A DNA stretch of 64,000 bases from an uncultured Planctomycetota bacterium. GTDB taxonomy: Bacteria > Planctomycetota > Planctomycetia > Isosphaerales > Isosphaeraceae. Position 1 is the stretch's first letter. Every line of letters begins with the position of its first letter. Positions 23,262 through 37,500 of the stretch are shown piece by piece. The DNA lies in assembly GCA_963845755.1 (NCBI GenBank), contig CAWJTV010000024.1:128001-192000 (forward strand), read 5' to 3'. The notes beneath the pieces were generated by a model that was given only the letters and a program-made list of their open reading frames with translations, was not told the origin of the DNA and did no database searches. Both the position numbers and the translations under genes were made by a program.

Positions 23262-23335
23262 ATGAAGAAGACTGGCGGCGCGACGGCCAGGCTTCACCTC
23301 GATCGAGCTCCTGGTAGTCATCGGCATCGCCGACG
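23262..23335 (+). pseudogene. Remnant of a prepilin-type (DUF1559-like) N-terminus
   Basis: Reads RRPGFTSIELLVVIGIA with no continuation. Confidence 0.5.
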
Positions 23336-23792
23336 GGCCGCCGGTCAATCACCAGGCAAGCTGTCGCATTCGTTCGACGACGTTCCGGCAGACGTGCGCG
23401 GCGCCCGCTGCCCCGAAGGCCGTCCCCCAAGTCAAGTTCGACGAAGCTCGGTAGAACCCGGGCAGTGAAGCGAAGCTGAACTCCTACGGGATCCCGATTC
23501 GGAGACCCGATCGACGAGGAACGACTTCCTCCGTGAAGATGCGGCGGTTCTTCCTCCTTCCCATCGAGCTTCGCAAGAAGCGACGTCGATCGGCGATGCT
23601 TCCAGGAAATCTCTGATTTTGCGCGCCCCGTTCGCCGGTCAAACGGCGCCTTCATGGGGTAGGGGACACTGCAATCTGACGAAGATTGTCCCGCGTGTGA
23701 GCGTACAGAATTCCGACCGGTGTCTTGGTAGGGGTCTGGACCAGGTTCTTTCTCATTACCGGCACACTCAAGCTGGACCGAATGGAACGACC

Positions 23793-26700
23793 ATGAACGG
23801 CATTCTTTCATCTCGGGATCGTCGGTTGTCGGAGGTTCCGTGTGACGCCCAGGGATCGCGGCGGAGACGAGCAGTCGGGCGTCGGCGTCAGCGCCTGGAC
23901 TTCGATCCGCTGGAATGCCGGCGGCTGTTGAGCATCTCCAATCCGGTCGCCCAGTTCCCGCTCCGAGGGTCCGGAGGCACGCCGGAGGCGGGCGCGTATG
24001 ACGGCAATGGGAACCTCTGGGTCCTGCTTTCGAACCAGAACATCGCGGAGGTTGGCGGGAGCGGTGCCCAGTACCATATCCCGACGTACGGCTCGCTCGG
24101 CGGTGCTCCGACCGGCAGCGAGCTGGGCCTGATCACCTACGACGCGGTCGACGGCAACCTCTGGTTCTACGAGACCAACAGCAACCAGTTCGGCAGCCTC
24201 AATCCGACGAGCGGCGCGATCAATGAGTACCCCGCGTTGGCCTTCGCGACGGACCCGTTGATCAAGCAGATCACGGCCGGTCCCGACGGGAACATCTGGT
24301 TCACCGAGCCGAACCTGAACCAGATCGGGATGTTCGACGTGACCACGGGCCAGATCAGCCAGTTCACGATGCCGGTGCCGGACACGCAGCCGCAGGGGAT
24401 CGTGGTGGGCGCGGACGGGAACCTCTATTTCACCGAAGGCGGCCTGAACAAGCTGGGCAGTCTGAACCCGTTTACCCACGTGCTCAACAACATTCCCTAC
24501 GAACTGCCCACCTACACCACCAATGACCAGGCCGAGGGGATCGCGACCGGGCCGAACAACACCATCTGGTTCGTGGAGACCGAGAACAACTCGGTCGTCG
24601 AATTCGACATTAAAACGCAGGCGTTCACGAAGCTGCATTACCCCGTTGCCCCCTTCGTCTACCCGACCCCTAACCCGCTCCCTAATCCTCCGGGACCCTC
24701 CGCCGGCCTCTTCTCGATCGCGGAGGGTCCGGATGGGAATATGTACTATACCGAACCATCCTATGGCTCGGAGATCGGAGTCTACGATCCGTCGAGCGGC
24801 GCCGCGAACTATATCGTGCCTGCGCCGATGCAGCCGGCGCCCAATCTGACGGGAGCCCTGATCGTGCCGGGCACCACGGGCACGACGGTTAATATCATCG
24901 ACCCCGCGAGTGGAGCGATCTCCAACTTCGGCACCCCCGTCAACATCGGCGCGACCCCGCCGCTCATGGTCCTCTTCACCGCCACGAGCGGCGCGACTGC
25001 CGCCGACGATGCGAATGATGTCATCAGCTTAGGGGGCGAAATTTACTATACCGACGACAACGATATCAACGGCGAGATCGGGGCGTTCGACCCGGCGACG
25101 CAGATCAACACCATGTTCCCTCTCCCGCCATATCCGACGACCCCACCGCCGCAGCAGGATCCCGGCCAGATGGCGGTGGACGACAACGGCAACATCTGGG
25201 TCACCGAGACGACCGTGAATGCGATCCAGGAGTTCAACCCCACGACCGGCTACGGCGGCACGATCGCCTTGACCACGCTCAGCAGCAACCCCACCGGGCT
25301 GAGCTGGGACAGCATCGAACAGCTCTTCTGGATCACCGAGCCCGGCGCCAACCAGATCGTCAGCTTCGACCCCAAGACCACCGGCAGCGCCGTCGCCCCG
25401 GTCCTGACCCCGAACCAGACGATCCAGGACCCGATCGACATCCTGGTCGATCCCTCGACCGGCTACCTGTGGATCAGCGAGGGATCGGCCGACAAGATCA
25501 TCGAGTACAGCCCGGAAAATGAACAGATTCTTTATTCTTACACCACCAAGGGCAGTCCCAATCAAATGGTGTGGGGCCCCGACGGCAACATCTGGTTCGG
25601 CGAATCGGGCGGCTACGTGGGGGTGTTGAAGCCCGGGACGGGGATCGTCACGGAGATCCCGGTGAGCGGGACGGCGAACTATCTGGCGGTCGCCCCCAGC
25701 ACCGACTCGAGTGGCCAGGCGATCTGGTTCACCGAGTCGGGCAGCAACCAGATCGGCGAGATCGACGTCAACTCCCAGTCGCTGGTGGGTTATGTGACGG
25801 CCCCGGATACCAACGCCCTCGCGATAGCGCTGGGCCCCGACGGCAACCTCTGGTTCAGCAGCGGGCAGGGCAATCCGGGCATGATGGGTGCCGTGGTGCT
25901 CAATCCCAACGACCTGGCCGGTAAGGTGGTCATCACGTCGCAGCCGCCGAACGTCGAGGAGACGATCTTCGGCGGGTTGACCTGGGGCTTCGGTACGACC
26001 GTGTCCATCGAGAGCGTGGGGGGCCAGACCCCCGACCCGTTCATCCAGGAGGGGACGATCACGATCGCGCTGGATAGCAATCCCGGCAATGACACGCTGG
26101 AGCCCTCCCCGGGCGAGTCGCTGACCGAGTCGGTGGTGGACGGTCAGGCGATCTTCGGCGGCATGACGATGGCGATTCCGGCGCAGGGGTATACGATCCA
26201 GGCGACGTACAGCCTGGGGTTGAACGCGCCGGTGACCCATCCGTTCGATGTGGCGGGCCAGCCGACGAAATTGATCGTGACCGAGCAGCCGACGCAACCT
26301 TCGCAACCGACGCCGCCCCCGATCGAGGTCCAGGCCGGCGTGACCTTTACCTTGACCGTCACCGCCGTGGACGCGCTGGGTTCGGTCGTGCCCAGCTTCG
26401 ACGACCCGGTGCTCCTGTCGATTGACAACAACCCTTCCCCCGGCAACGGCGTCCTGAACGGCACGAGTCCCGTGGGCGCCATCTTTGGAGTGGCGTTGTT
26501 CGACGACCTGACGATCGATCAGGCGGGTAACGGTTACACGCTCCAGGCGACCGACGACCAGGCCCAGGCGGCCACGGTCTTGCAGAACCCGGCGGCACCC
26601 GCGGTGACGTCTCCGTTCGACGTGGTCCCGGGCCCGGCGACGCAGTTGGTGTACGCGGCCACCGGCGAGCCGGTGGCGACGGCGACCGCGGGCCAGGATT

Positions 26701-29700
26701 TCGCGGCGTCGCCGCACCAGGTGGTGGTCAACGCCGAGGACCAGTTCGGCAGCATCGCCACCTCGTATAACGGCCCGGTGACGCTGGCGCTGGCGAACAA
26801 TGCCACCGGGACGTTCGTCGGCACCCTGACGGTCAATGCGGTCCACGGGGTGGCGACGTTCAGCAACCTGGCGATCGACACGACCGGGACGTATCAGCTC
26901 CAGGCGACGAGCGCCAGCCTGACGCCGAGCACCTCGACGTCGATCGCGATCACGGCCGCGGCGCCGGCGCAACTGGCCTGGACGACGGAGCCGCCGAGCC
27001 AGGCCACGGAGCTGGTGCCGCTCGGCGCGACGCTCGATGTCGAGGACCAGTACGGCAACCTGGAGACGGGCTACACCCAGAACGTGTCGGTGTCGCTGGA
27101 CCTCAACGGCCACGCCGCCAATGGCGAGCTGGGCGGGACGACGACGGTGGCGGCCACCGGCGGGGTGGCGACGTTCACCAATATCATCATCGATACGATC
27201 GGCAACCCGTACACGCTGATCGCCACCACCGGTGTCGCTCCGAGCACGGTCATCATGTTCAACCTCGAGTGCGATCAACGTGGTGGCGCCGCAACTGGTG
27301 GTGACGACCGAGCCGCCGTCGTCGGTGACGGCCGGCAGCGGGTTCGGCCTGACGGTGACCGCGGAGACGTACCAGGGGACGACGGACACCTACGCGACTG
27401 GCAGCGTGGTGCTGTCGGTCAATTCGGGGCCGTCGGGCGGGGCGATCACGGGGACGAGCTCGGCGCCGTTCTCCAACGGGGTGGCGACGTTCAGCGGGGT
27501 GACGCTGGACAAGGTCGGCACCTACGTCCTGGAGGCCTCGAGCGGCAATGCGGTAACGGGCCTGACCAACAGCATCACGGTGGTTGCCGGTACGACGGCC
27601 GCGCAACTGTACGTGGTGTCGCAGCCGCCGACCAGCGTGCAGGCGGGAGCGACGTTCAGCTTGGTGGTGGGCGCCGAGGACCAGTACGGCAACCCGACGC
27701 CGCTGACGGGGAGCGTGGCGGTGGCGATTGCGGCCAATCCGGGCGGTTCGACGCTGGGCGGTACGACGCCGGTGACGGCCAGCGGCGGCGTGGCGACGTT
27801 CAGCGATCTGACGCTGAACAAGGTCGGCAATGGTTACACGCTGCAAGCGACGGCCGGTGCGTTGAGCGTGACCAGCCGTGGGATCGACGTGACGCCGGGT
27901 GCGGCCAAGCAGTTGGTGTTCTCGGCGACGGGCGAGCCGGTGTCGACGGCGGCGGCGGGTCAGGACTTCGCGGCGTCCCCGCACACGGTGGTGGTCGACG
28001 CCGAGGATGCGCTGGGCAACGTGGTGACGTCGTATAGCGGCCCGGTGACGATCGGCCTGGCGAACGGGGCGACGGGCACGTTCGACGCCAGCAGCGTGCT
28101 GACGGTGAATGCGGTCAATGGCGTGGCGACGTTCTCGAAGCTGGCGCTCGACACGGCCGGGACGTACGAGCTGTCGGCGACGAACCCGAGCGTGCTGACG
28201 AGTGGCACCTCGACGTCGATCACGATCACGTCTGCGGCCCAGGCGAAGCAACTGGTCTGGGTGGTCGAGCCGCCGAGCAAGGCCGCCGACCTGGTCCCGC
28301 TGAGCGTCACGCTGGCCGTCGAGGACCAGTACGGCAACCCGATCACGGGCTACGACCAGGATGTCACGATGGCCCTGGACCTCAACGGCAATCCCGACAA
28401 TGGCAAACTGAGCGGGACGACGACGGTCGCGGCATCCAACGGCGTGGCGAACTTCACCAACATCATCATCGATACCATGGGGAATCCGTTCACGCTGATC
28501 GCCAGCAGCGGCGGCTTCACGTCGGCACCGTCCAGCGCGATCGACGTGGTGGCACCGCAGTTGGTGTGGTCCACCGAGCCGCCGAGCCAGGTGGCGCACG
28601 GGTTCCCGTTCGGCGCGACGGTCGAGCTTCTGGACCCGTTCGGCAACCTGGAGACGTCCTATAACGGGAGCGTGACGGTGGCCCTGGATAACAAAGTGGG
28701 CAGTGGCACGCTGGGTGGGACGACCACGATCACGGCCAGCGGGGGCGTGGCAAACTTCACGGGCCTGACGATCAACGCCATCGGCAACGGTTACACGTTA
28801 CAGGCCAGCAGCGACGGCGTGAGCACGCCGGCGTCGATCGGGATCGACGTGACGCCGATCCCGGCGGCGTCGCTGGAGGTGACGACGCAGCCGCAGTCGT
28901 CGGTGCCGGTGAATCAGGGTTTCAGCCTGAAGGTGACGGCGCTGGACGTGAACGGGGATGCGGACCCGGACTTCCACGGTAATGTGAGCGTGGCGATCAC
29001 CGGCAGCCCGGGGAGTCCGATCCTGGCTGGTACGACGACGGTGACGGCCAGCGGCGGAGTGGCAAGCTTCTCGGGTCTGACGCTGGACACGGTGGGGAAC
29101 TATACGCTGGACGTCACGAGCACGGGCCTGAGCCCGGTGACGACAGGAACGATCGGCGTGACGGCCGGCGCGGCGTCGAAGTTGGTGGCGATGACGGAGC
29201 CGCCGAGCAGCGAGACGGCCGGCGGCGTGTTCAGCTTCAAGGTGGAGGCGGAGGACTCGTACGGGAACCTGGCGACGGGGTTCAACGGGACGGTGTCGGC
29301 GGTGCTGTCGGCCAACCCGGGGCACGCGACGCTGGGCGGCGGTACGGTGACGGCGACGGCCAGCGGGGGAATGGCGACCTTTACGGGTCTGGCGGTGGAC
29401 AAGGCGGGCAGCGGGTACACGATCGGTGTGTCCAGCGGCACGCTGACGGGCCTGACGAGCAGCGCGTTCGCCGTGACGGCGGGCCCGCTGTCGGAGCTGG
29501 TGATCGCGAGCCAGCCGTCGGGTTCGGTGACGGCGGGCACGCCGTTTGGCCTGACGGTGGATGGAGCGGATGCGTTCGGGAACGCGGTGCCGAGCTTCAA
29601 CGGAGCGATCACGCTGTCGCTGTCGAACGACCCTGCGGTGGGCCCGCTGGCGGGCTCCAGCGCGCTGAACGGGACCCTGAGCGGGACGGCGAGCAACGGG

Positions 29701-31275
29701 GTGGCGACGTTCCCGGGTCTGTCGCTGGACGTGGCGGCGTCGGGCTACACGATCGCGGCGACGACGTCGGGATTGAATCCGGGTGGGACGACACCGATCG
29801 ACGTGGTGGCGGGGACGGCGACGCAATTGGTGTTGACGGTGGCGGCGCCGACGGTGATGACGGCGGGAGCGGACTTCGGCCTGGCGATCTCGGCGGAGGA
29901 CGGCTACGGGAACGTGTTGACGGGATTCACGGGGACGATCACGCTGTCGCTGTCGAACAACCCGGGGGATGCGACGCTCCGCGGGGGCGCGCTGTCGAAG
30001 CCGGCGGTGGGCGGGGTGGTGAATTTCGGCCCGGCGTTGACGCTGGACGAGGCGTCGTCGGGTTATACGTTGCAGGCGACCAGCGGCGTCCTGACGAGCG
30101 TGACGACGGGCGGGATCACGGTGGTGCCGGGAGTGGCGACGCACCTGGTGGTGGAGGCGGAGCCGCCGTCGTCGGTGACGTCGGGTCAGGGATTCGGGCT
30201 GGTGGTGGCGGCGACGGACCCGTTCGGCAACGTGAATCCGAACTACGCGGGAACGGTGGTGGTGACGGCGCCGTCGGGTACGGGTGCGAGCGTGGGGGGC
30301 AAGACGACGGTGACGACCGTCGGTGGCGTGGCGAGGTTCGCGGGCCTGACGCTGAGCGGGGCGAGCGAGCCGGTGTCGTTGCAGGTCACCAGCACGGGCG
30401 TGGCGGGGACGACGACGACGGCGGTGGGCCTGGCGGGAGCATCGCAGTTGGCGTTCGCCAGCGGCGGAGTGAGCGTGGATGAGACGTCGGGTACGGCGAC
30501 GTTGCAGGTGTTGCGGACCGGCGACCTGTCGGAGCCGGTGACGGTGGAGGTGTTGACGTCCGGGGGTACGGCGGTGGCGGGAGTGAATTACACGTCGGTG
30601 AACCAGGAGTTGACGTTCGCGGCGGGCCAGGCGTCGCAGACGATCGCGGTGCCGGTGAAGGACGCGGGAGTGCTGTCGCAGCCGTTGACGGTGAACGTGG
30701 TGTTGAGCAGCCCTGGGGGGAGCGGAGCGTCGCTGGGGAGTCCGTCATCATCGACGCTGACGATCCTCAACGCCGGGCAGACATCGACGCCGACATCGAC
30801 GCCGCTGGTAACGCTGGAGGGCGTGGAGATCGTCAAGAAGAAGGGGAAGGTGAAGGAGGTCGTGCTGGGGTTCAGCGGAGGCCTGAACGGATCCGAGGTG
30901 ACGAGCATCGGCGAGTACGAGCTGCTGGTGGCGGGGAAGCATGGGTCGTTCACGGCGAAGAACGCGAAGGTCCTGAAGCTGAAGTCGGCGGTGTACAACG
31001 GAACGACCCATACGGTGTCGCTGACGCCGAAGAAGGGATTCGTGCTGAAAAAGCCTGTGGAACTGATCGTCAATGGCGAGGGGCCGTCGGGTCTGGAGGA
31101 CAGTTCGGGTCGGCTGATCGACGGCAACGACGACGGTCAGGCGGGGGGCAACGCGGTGGCGGTCCTGACGCGTCAGGGAGCGAGGATCAGTGCCTTGACC
31201 GCGCGGATGGCGGCGGTGGATGCGATCCTCGCACAGGGTGAGCGGGTGGCCGTCACCAAAGTTCAGCGAATCTGA
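23793..31275 (+). CDS. Secreted surface protein copy 1 (about 2,493 aa; +1 frameshift near 27259): LEPRxLL signal, Vgb/NHL-like propellers, tandem about 100-aa Ig-like repeats, Calx-beta-like domain
   Basis: FDPLECRRLLS signal, repeated GPDGNIWFTE, repeated QLV.T.EPP...GVATF..L....G.YTL units, and GGTAVAGVNY. Copy 2 lacks the extra T (ATGTCAACC versus ATGTTCAACC). Confidence 0.87.
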
Positions 31276-31324
31276 TCGCGATAATTCCCTTCCTCTTCGT
31301 AGGGGAAGGTGGCCCTTGGAAAGA

Positions 31325-31392
31325 AAGGCTGAAGGAGGAAGGCTGAGTCATAACCGGGACGGCCTTGATTTAGCCTTCAGCCTTCCAGTCTT
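31325..31392. terminator. Imperfect hairpin built from AAGGCTG/CAGCCTT heptamers between the duplicated genes
   Basis: AAGGCTGAAGGAGGAAGGCTGAGTCA...TGATTTAGCCTTCAGCCTT. Confidence 0.45.
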
Positions 31393-31594
31393 CCCCCAGA
31401 TTCCAGGAATTCCTTCGTTTCGCGCGCCCCGTTCGCTGGACGAACGGCGCCTTCATGGGGTAGGGGGCACTGCAATCTGACGAAGGTTGTCCCGCGTGTG
31501 AGCGTACAGAATTCCGACCGGTGTCTTGGTAGGGGTCTGTGACCAGGTTCTTTCTCATTACCGGCACACTCAAGCTGGACCGAATGGAACGACC

Positions 31595-34500
31595 ATGAAC
31601 GGCATTCTTTCATCTCGGGATCGTCGGTTGTCGGAGGTTCCGCGTGACTTCCAGGGATCGCGGCGGAGACGAGCGAGCGGCCATCGGCGTCAACGACTGG
31701 ACTTCGATCCGCTGGAATGCCGGCGGCTGCTGAGCCTCACCAATCCCGTCGCCGAGTTCCCGCTCCGGACGTCTGGAGGCACTCCCCTCGGAGGCGCGGT
31801 AGACGGTAGTGGGAACATCTGGGTCCTGCTTTCGAACCAGAACATCGTGGAAGACAACGGTAGCGGAGGTACCGTCGCCCAGTACCATATCCCGACATAC
31901 AACTCGCTCCAGGGTACTCCGACCGGCAGCGAGCTGGGCCTGATCACCTACGACGCGGTCAACGGCAACCTCTGGTTCTACGAATCGAACAGCAACCAGT
32001 TCGGCAGCGTCAATCCGACGACCGGCGCGATCACCGAGTACCCCGCGATGACCTACGCGGTCGATCCGCTGATCATGCAGATCACGGCCGGTCCGGACGG
32101 CAACATCTGGTTCACCGAGACGAACCTGAACCAGGTCGGGATGTTCGACGTGACGACGGGCCAGATCAGCCAGTTCACGATGCCGGTGCCGGACACGCAG
32201 CCGCGAGGGATCACGGTGGGCGGCGACGGCAACCTGTGGTTCACCGAGGGAGGCCTGAACAGTCTGGGGAGCCTGAACCCGTACACCCACGTGTTCAACA
32301 ACTATCCCTACGAGCCGTCCACCTATTTCCAGGACGATGAGGCCTACGGGATCACGGCGGGGGCGAACGACACCATCTGGTTCGTGCTGAAACAGGCCAA
32401 CGAAATCGTCACATTCAGTACTCAAACTCTGACGTTCACGAATCGGTCTGGTCCTGTCCCCCCTCCTAACCCTCCCACCCCTCTGCCCCCCGCCAATCTC
32501 TTTTCGATCGCGGAGGGACCGGGTGGCAACATCTACTACACCGAGCCGACCTTCAATGGGATCGGGGCGACGACCGGCTTTTACGCGGCTCTGACCTTCC
32601 CCGGACCCCCCTCTCTCACCGAGGCCACGCCCAACGTGAATGGGGCCTTGCTACTGCCGACCACGGGCGCAGATATCTGGCTCACGGATCCCGCGGACGG
32701 TAACCTTCGTTATGTTGACGACAAGCCCACAGACGGCATCCAGCCCGCAGTCCCCACCGGGGAGACGCCTCCTACATTTCTCCCACCCGTGATTCCCGCT
32801 ACCGACGCGAATGATGTCGTCAGCGTGGGCGGCACGCTGTACTATACCGACACCAACGATGTCAACGGCGTGATCGATGCGTTCAACCCGGCGACCCAGA
32901 TCAACACCGTGTTCCCTCTCCCAGGATTCCCGCTGCCTCCACCAACGCCGCCGCCCCAACAACCCAACCAGATGGCCGTGGACGACAATGGGAACATCTG
33001 GTTCACCGAGACGGGTGTTAACGCGATCGGGGAGTTCATCCCCACGACCGGCGCGTTCGACCAGGTCAGCTTGACCTCGTTCAGCAGCAACCCCACCGGC
33101 CTGGCCTGGAACAGCATCGAACAGCTCTTCTGGATCACCGAGCCGGGCGCCAATCAGATCGTTAGCTACGACCCCAAGACCACCGGCAGCGCCGTCGCGC
33201 CGGTCCTGAACCCGAACCAGACGATCCAGGATCCCATCGACATCCTGGTCGATCCCTCGACCGGGTATCTCTGGATCAGCGAGGGCTCGGCCGACAAGGT
33301 CATCGAGTACAGCCCGGTCGATGAGAGGATTCTTTATAGTTACACCACCAAGGGCAGCACCAATCAAATGGTGTGGGGCCCCGACGGCAACATCTGGTTC
33401 GGCGAATCGGGCTACGTGGGGGTGCTGAAGCCCGGGACGGGGATCGTCACGGAGATCCCGGTGAGCGGGACGGCGAATTATGTGGCGGTCGCCCCCAGCA
33501 CCGACTCGAGTGGCCAGGCGATCTGGTTCACCGAGTCGGGCAGCAACCAGATCGGCGAGATCGACGTCAACTCCCAGTCGCTGGTGGATTACGCGACGGC
33601 CCCGGACACCAACGCCAACGCGCTGGTCCTGGGCCCCGACGGCAACCTGTGGTTCACGAGCGGGGCGGGCGGCAATCCGGCCATGATGGGCGCGGTGGTG
33701 CTCAATCCCAACGACTTCGCCGCGAGCGTGGTCGTGACCTCGCAGCCGCCGAACGTCGAGCAGACGGTCTTCGGGGGCCGGACCTGGGGCTTCGGCACGA
33801 CCGTGTCCATCGAGAGCGTGGGGGGCCAGGCCCCCGACCCGTTCATCCAGGCGGGGACGATTACCATTGCGCTGGATAGCAATCCCGGCAACGATACGCT
33901 GAAGCCGGCGTCGGGCCAGTCGCTGACCGAGTCGGTGGTGAACGGCCAGGCGATCTTCGATGGCATGACGATGGCCGTGCCGGCGCGGGGCTACACGATC
34001 CAGGCGACGTACAGCCTGGGGTTGAACGCGCCGGTGTCCCATCCGTTCGACGTGGCGGGCCAGCCGACGAAATTGATCGTGACCGAGCAACCGACGCAGC
34101 CCGGTCAGCCGACACCGCCCCCGATCGAGGTCCAGGCCGGCGTGACCTTCAGCGTGGCCATCACCGCCGTGGACGCCCTGGGCACGGTCGTCCCCAACTT
34201 CGAGGACCCGATCATCCTGTCGATCGATAACAATCCGCCGGGTAACGGCGTCCTGAACGGCACGACGACGGTAGGCGCCCTCTGATGGCGCGGCGGCTTT
34301 CAACGACCTGACGATCGATCAGGCGGGCAACGGTTACACGCTCCAGGCGACCGACGATCAGGCCCAGGCGGCCACGGTCTTGCAGAATCCGGCGGCGCCG
34401 GCGGTGACAGCCTCCTTCAACGTGATCCCGGGCCCGGCGACGCAGTTGGTGTACGCGGCCACCGGCGAGCCGGTGACGACGGCGACCGCGGGCCAGGATT

Positions 34501-37500
34501 TCGCGGCGTCGCCGCACCAGGTGGTGGTCGACGCCGAGGACCAGTTCGGCAGCATCGCCACCTCGTATAACGGCCCGGTGACGCTGGCGCTGGCGAACAA
34601 TGCCACCGGGACGTTCGTCGGCACCCTGACGGTCAATGCGGTCCACGGGGTGGCGACGTTCAGCAACCTGGCGATCGACACGACCGGGACGTATCAGCTC
34701 CAGGCGACGAGCGCCAGCCTGACGCCGAGCACCTCGACGTCGATCGCGATCACGGCCGCGGCGCCGGCGCAACTGGCCTGGACGACGGAGCCGCCGAGCC
34801 AGGCCACGGAGCTGGTGCCGCTGGGCGCGACGCTCGATGTCGAGGACCAGTACGGCAACCTGGAGACGGGCTACACCCAGAACGTGTCGGTGTCGCTGGA
34901 CCTCAACGGCCACGCCGCCAATGGCGAGCTGGGCGGGACGACGACGGTGGCGGCCACCGGCGGGGTGGCGACGTTCACCAATATCATCATCGATACGATC
35001 GGCAACCCGTACACGCTGATCGCCACCACCGGTGTCGCTCCGAGCACGGTCATCATGTCAACCTCGAGTGCGATCAACGTGGTGGCGCCGCAACTGGTGG
35101 TGACGACCGAGCCGCCGTCGTCGGTGACGGCCGGCAGCGGGTTCGGCCTGACGGTGACCGCGGAGACGTACCAGGGGACGACGGACACCTACGCGACTGG
35201 CAGCGTGGTGCTGTCGGTCAATTCGGGGCCGTCGGGCGGGGCGATCACGGGGACGAGCTCGGCGCCGTTCTCCAACGGGGTGGCGACGTTCAGCGGGGTG
35301 ACGCTGGACAAGGTCGGCACCTACGTCCTGGAGGCCTCGAGCGGCAATGCGGTAACGGGCCTGACCAACAGCATCACGGTGGTTGCCGGTACGACGGCCG
35401 CGCAACTGTACGTGGTGTCGCAGCCGCCGACCAGCGTGCAGGCGGGAGCGACGTTCAGCTTGGTGGTGGGCGCCGAGGACCAGTACGGCAACCCGACGCC
35501 GCTGACGGGGAGCGTGGCGGTGGCGATTGCGGCCAATCCGGGCGGTTCGACGCTGGGCGGTACGACGCCGGTGACGGCCAGCGGCGGCGTGGCGACGTTC
35601 AGCGACCTGACGCTCAACAAGGTGGGCAATGGTTATACGCTGCAAGCGACGGCCGGGGCGTTGAGTGTGACCAGCCGTGGGATCGCCGTGACGTCGGCGG
35701 TGGCCAAGCAGTTGGTGTTCTCGGCCACGGGCGAGCCGGTGGCGACGGCGACCGCGGGCCAGGACTTCGCGGCGTCCCCGCACACGGTGGTGGTCGACGC
35801 CGAGGATCAGTTCGGCAACATCATCACGTCGTATAGCGGCCCGGTGACGATTGGCCTGGCCCACGGGGCGACGGGCGCGTTCGACGCCAGCAGCGTGCTG
35901 ACGGTCAACGCGGTCAATGGCGTGGCGACGTTCTCCAAGCTGGCGCTCGACACGGCCGGGACCTATGACCTGTCGGCGACGAGCACGAGCGTGCCGGCCT
36001 TGGCCGCGGGTACCTCGAGCTCGATCACGATTACCTCTGGGACGGCTTCGCAACTGGCCTGGACCGTCGAGCCGCCGAGCAAGGCCGCCGACCTGGTCCC
36101 GCTGAGCGTCACGCTGACCGTCGAGGACCAGTACGGCAACCCGATCACGGGCTACGACCAGAATGTCACGATGGCCCTGGACCTCAACAGCAATCCCGAC
36201 AACGGCAAACTGAGCGGGACGACGACGGTCGCGGCGTCCAACGGCGTGGCGGCTTTCACCAACATCATCATCGATACCACGGGGAATCCGTTTACGCTGA
36301 TCGCCAGCAGCGGCGGTCTCACGTCGCCGCCATCCAGCGCGATCGACGTGGTGGCGCCGCAGTTGGTGTGGTCCACCGAGCCGCCGAGCCAGGTGGCGCA
36401 CGGGTTCCCGTTCGGCGCGACGGTCGAGCTTCTGGACCCGTTCGGCAACCTGGAGACGTCCTATAACGGGAGCGTGACGGTGGCCCTGGATAACAAAGTG
36501 GGCAGTGGCACGCTGGGTGGGACGACCACGATCACGGCCAGCGGGGGCGTGGCAAACTTCACGGGCCTGACGATCAACGCCATCGGCAACGGTTACACGT
36601 TACAGGCCAGCAGCGACGGCGTGAGCACGCCGGCGTCGATCGGGATCGACGTGACGCCGATCCCGGCGGCGTCGCTGGAGGTGACGACGCAGCCGCAGTC
36701 GTCGGTGCCGGTGAATCAGGGTTTCAGCCTGAAGGTGACGGCGCTGGACGTGAACGGGGATGCGGACCCGGACTTCCACGGTAATGTGAGCGTGGCGATC
36801 ACCGGCAGCCCGGGGAGTCCGATCCTGGCTGGTACGACGACGGTGACGGCCAGCGGCGGAGTGGCAAGCTTCTCGGGTCTGACGCTGGACACGGTGGGGA
36901 ACTATACGCTGGACGTCACGAGCACGGGCCTGAGCCCGGTGACGACAGGAACGATCGGCGTGACGGCCGGCGCGGCGTCGAAGTTGGTGGCGATGACGGA
37001 GCCGCCGAGCAGCGAGACGGCCGGCGGCGTGTTCAGCTTCAAGGTGGAGGCGGAGGACTCGTACGGGAACCTGGCGACGGGGTTCAACGGGACGGTGTCG
37101 GCGGTGCTGTCGGCCAACCCGGGGCACGCGACGCTGGGCGGCGGTACGGTGACGGCGACGGCCAGCGGGGGAATGGCGACCTTTACGGGTCTGGCGGTGG
37201 ACAAGGCGGGCAGCGGGTACACGATCGGTGTGTCCAGCGGCACGCTGACGGGCCTGACGAGCAGCGCGTTCGCCGTGACGGCGGGCCCGCTGTCGGAGCT
37301 GGTGATCGCGAGCCAGCCGTCGGGTTCGGTGACGGCGGGCACGCCGTTTGGCCTGACGGTGGATGGAGCGGATGCGTTCGGGAACGCGGTGCCGAGCTTC
37401 AACGGAGCGATCACGCTGTCGCTGTCGAACGACCCTGCGGTGGGCCCGCTGGCGGGCTCCAGCGCGCTGAACGGGACCCTGAGCGGGACGGCGAGCAACG

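Noticed and set aside
23793..33700. Virginiamycin B lyase antibiotic-resistance genes
   Set aside because: Only the propeller repeat is shared. It is embedded in secreted 2,490-aa stalked proteins.
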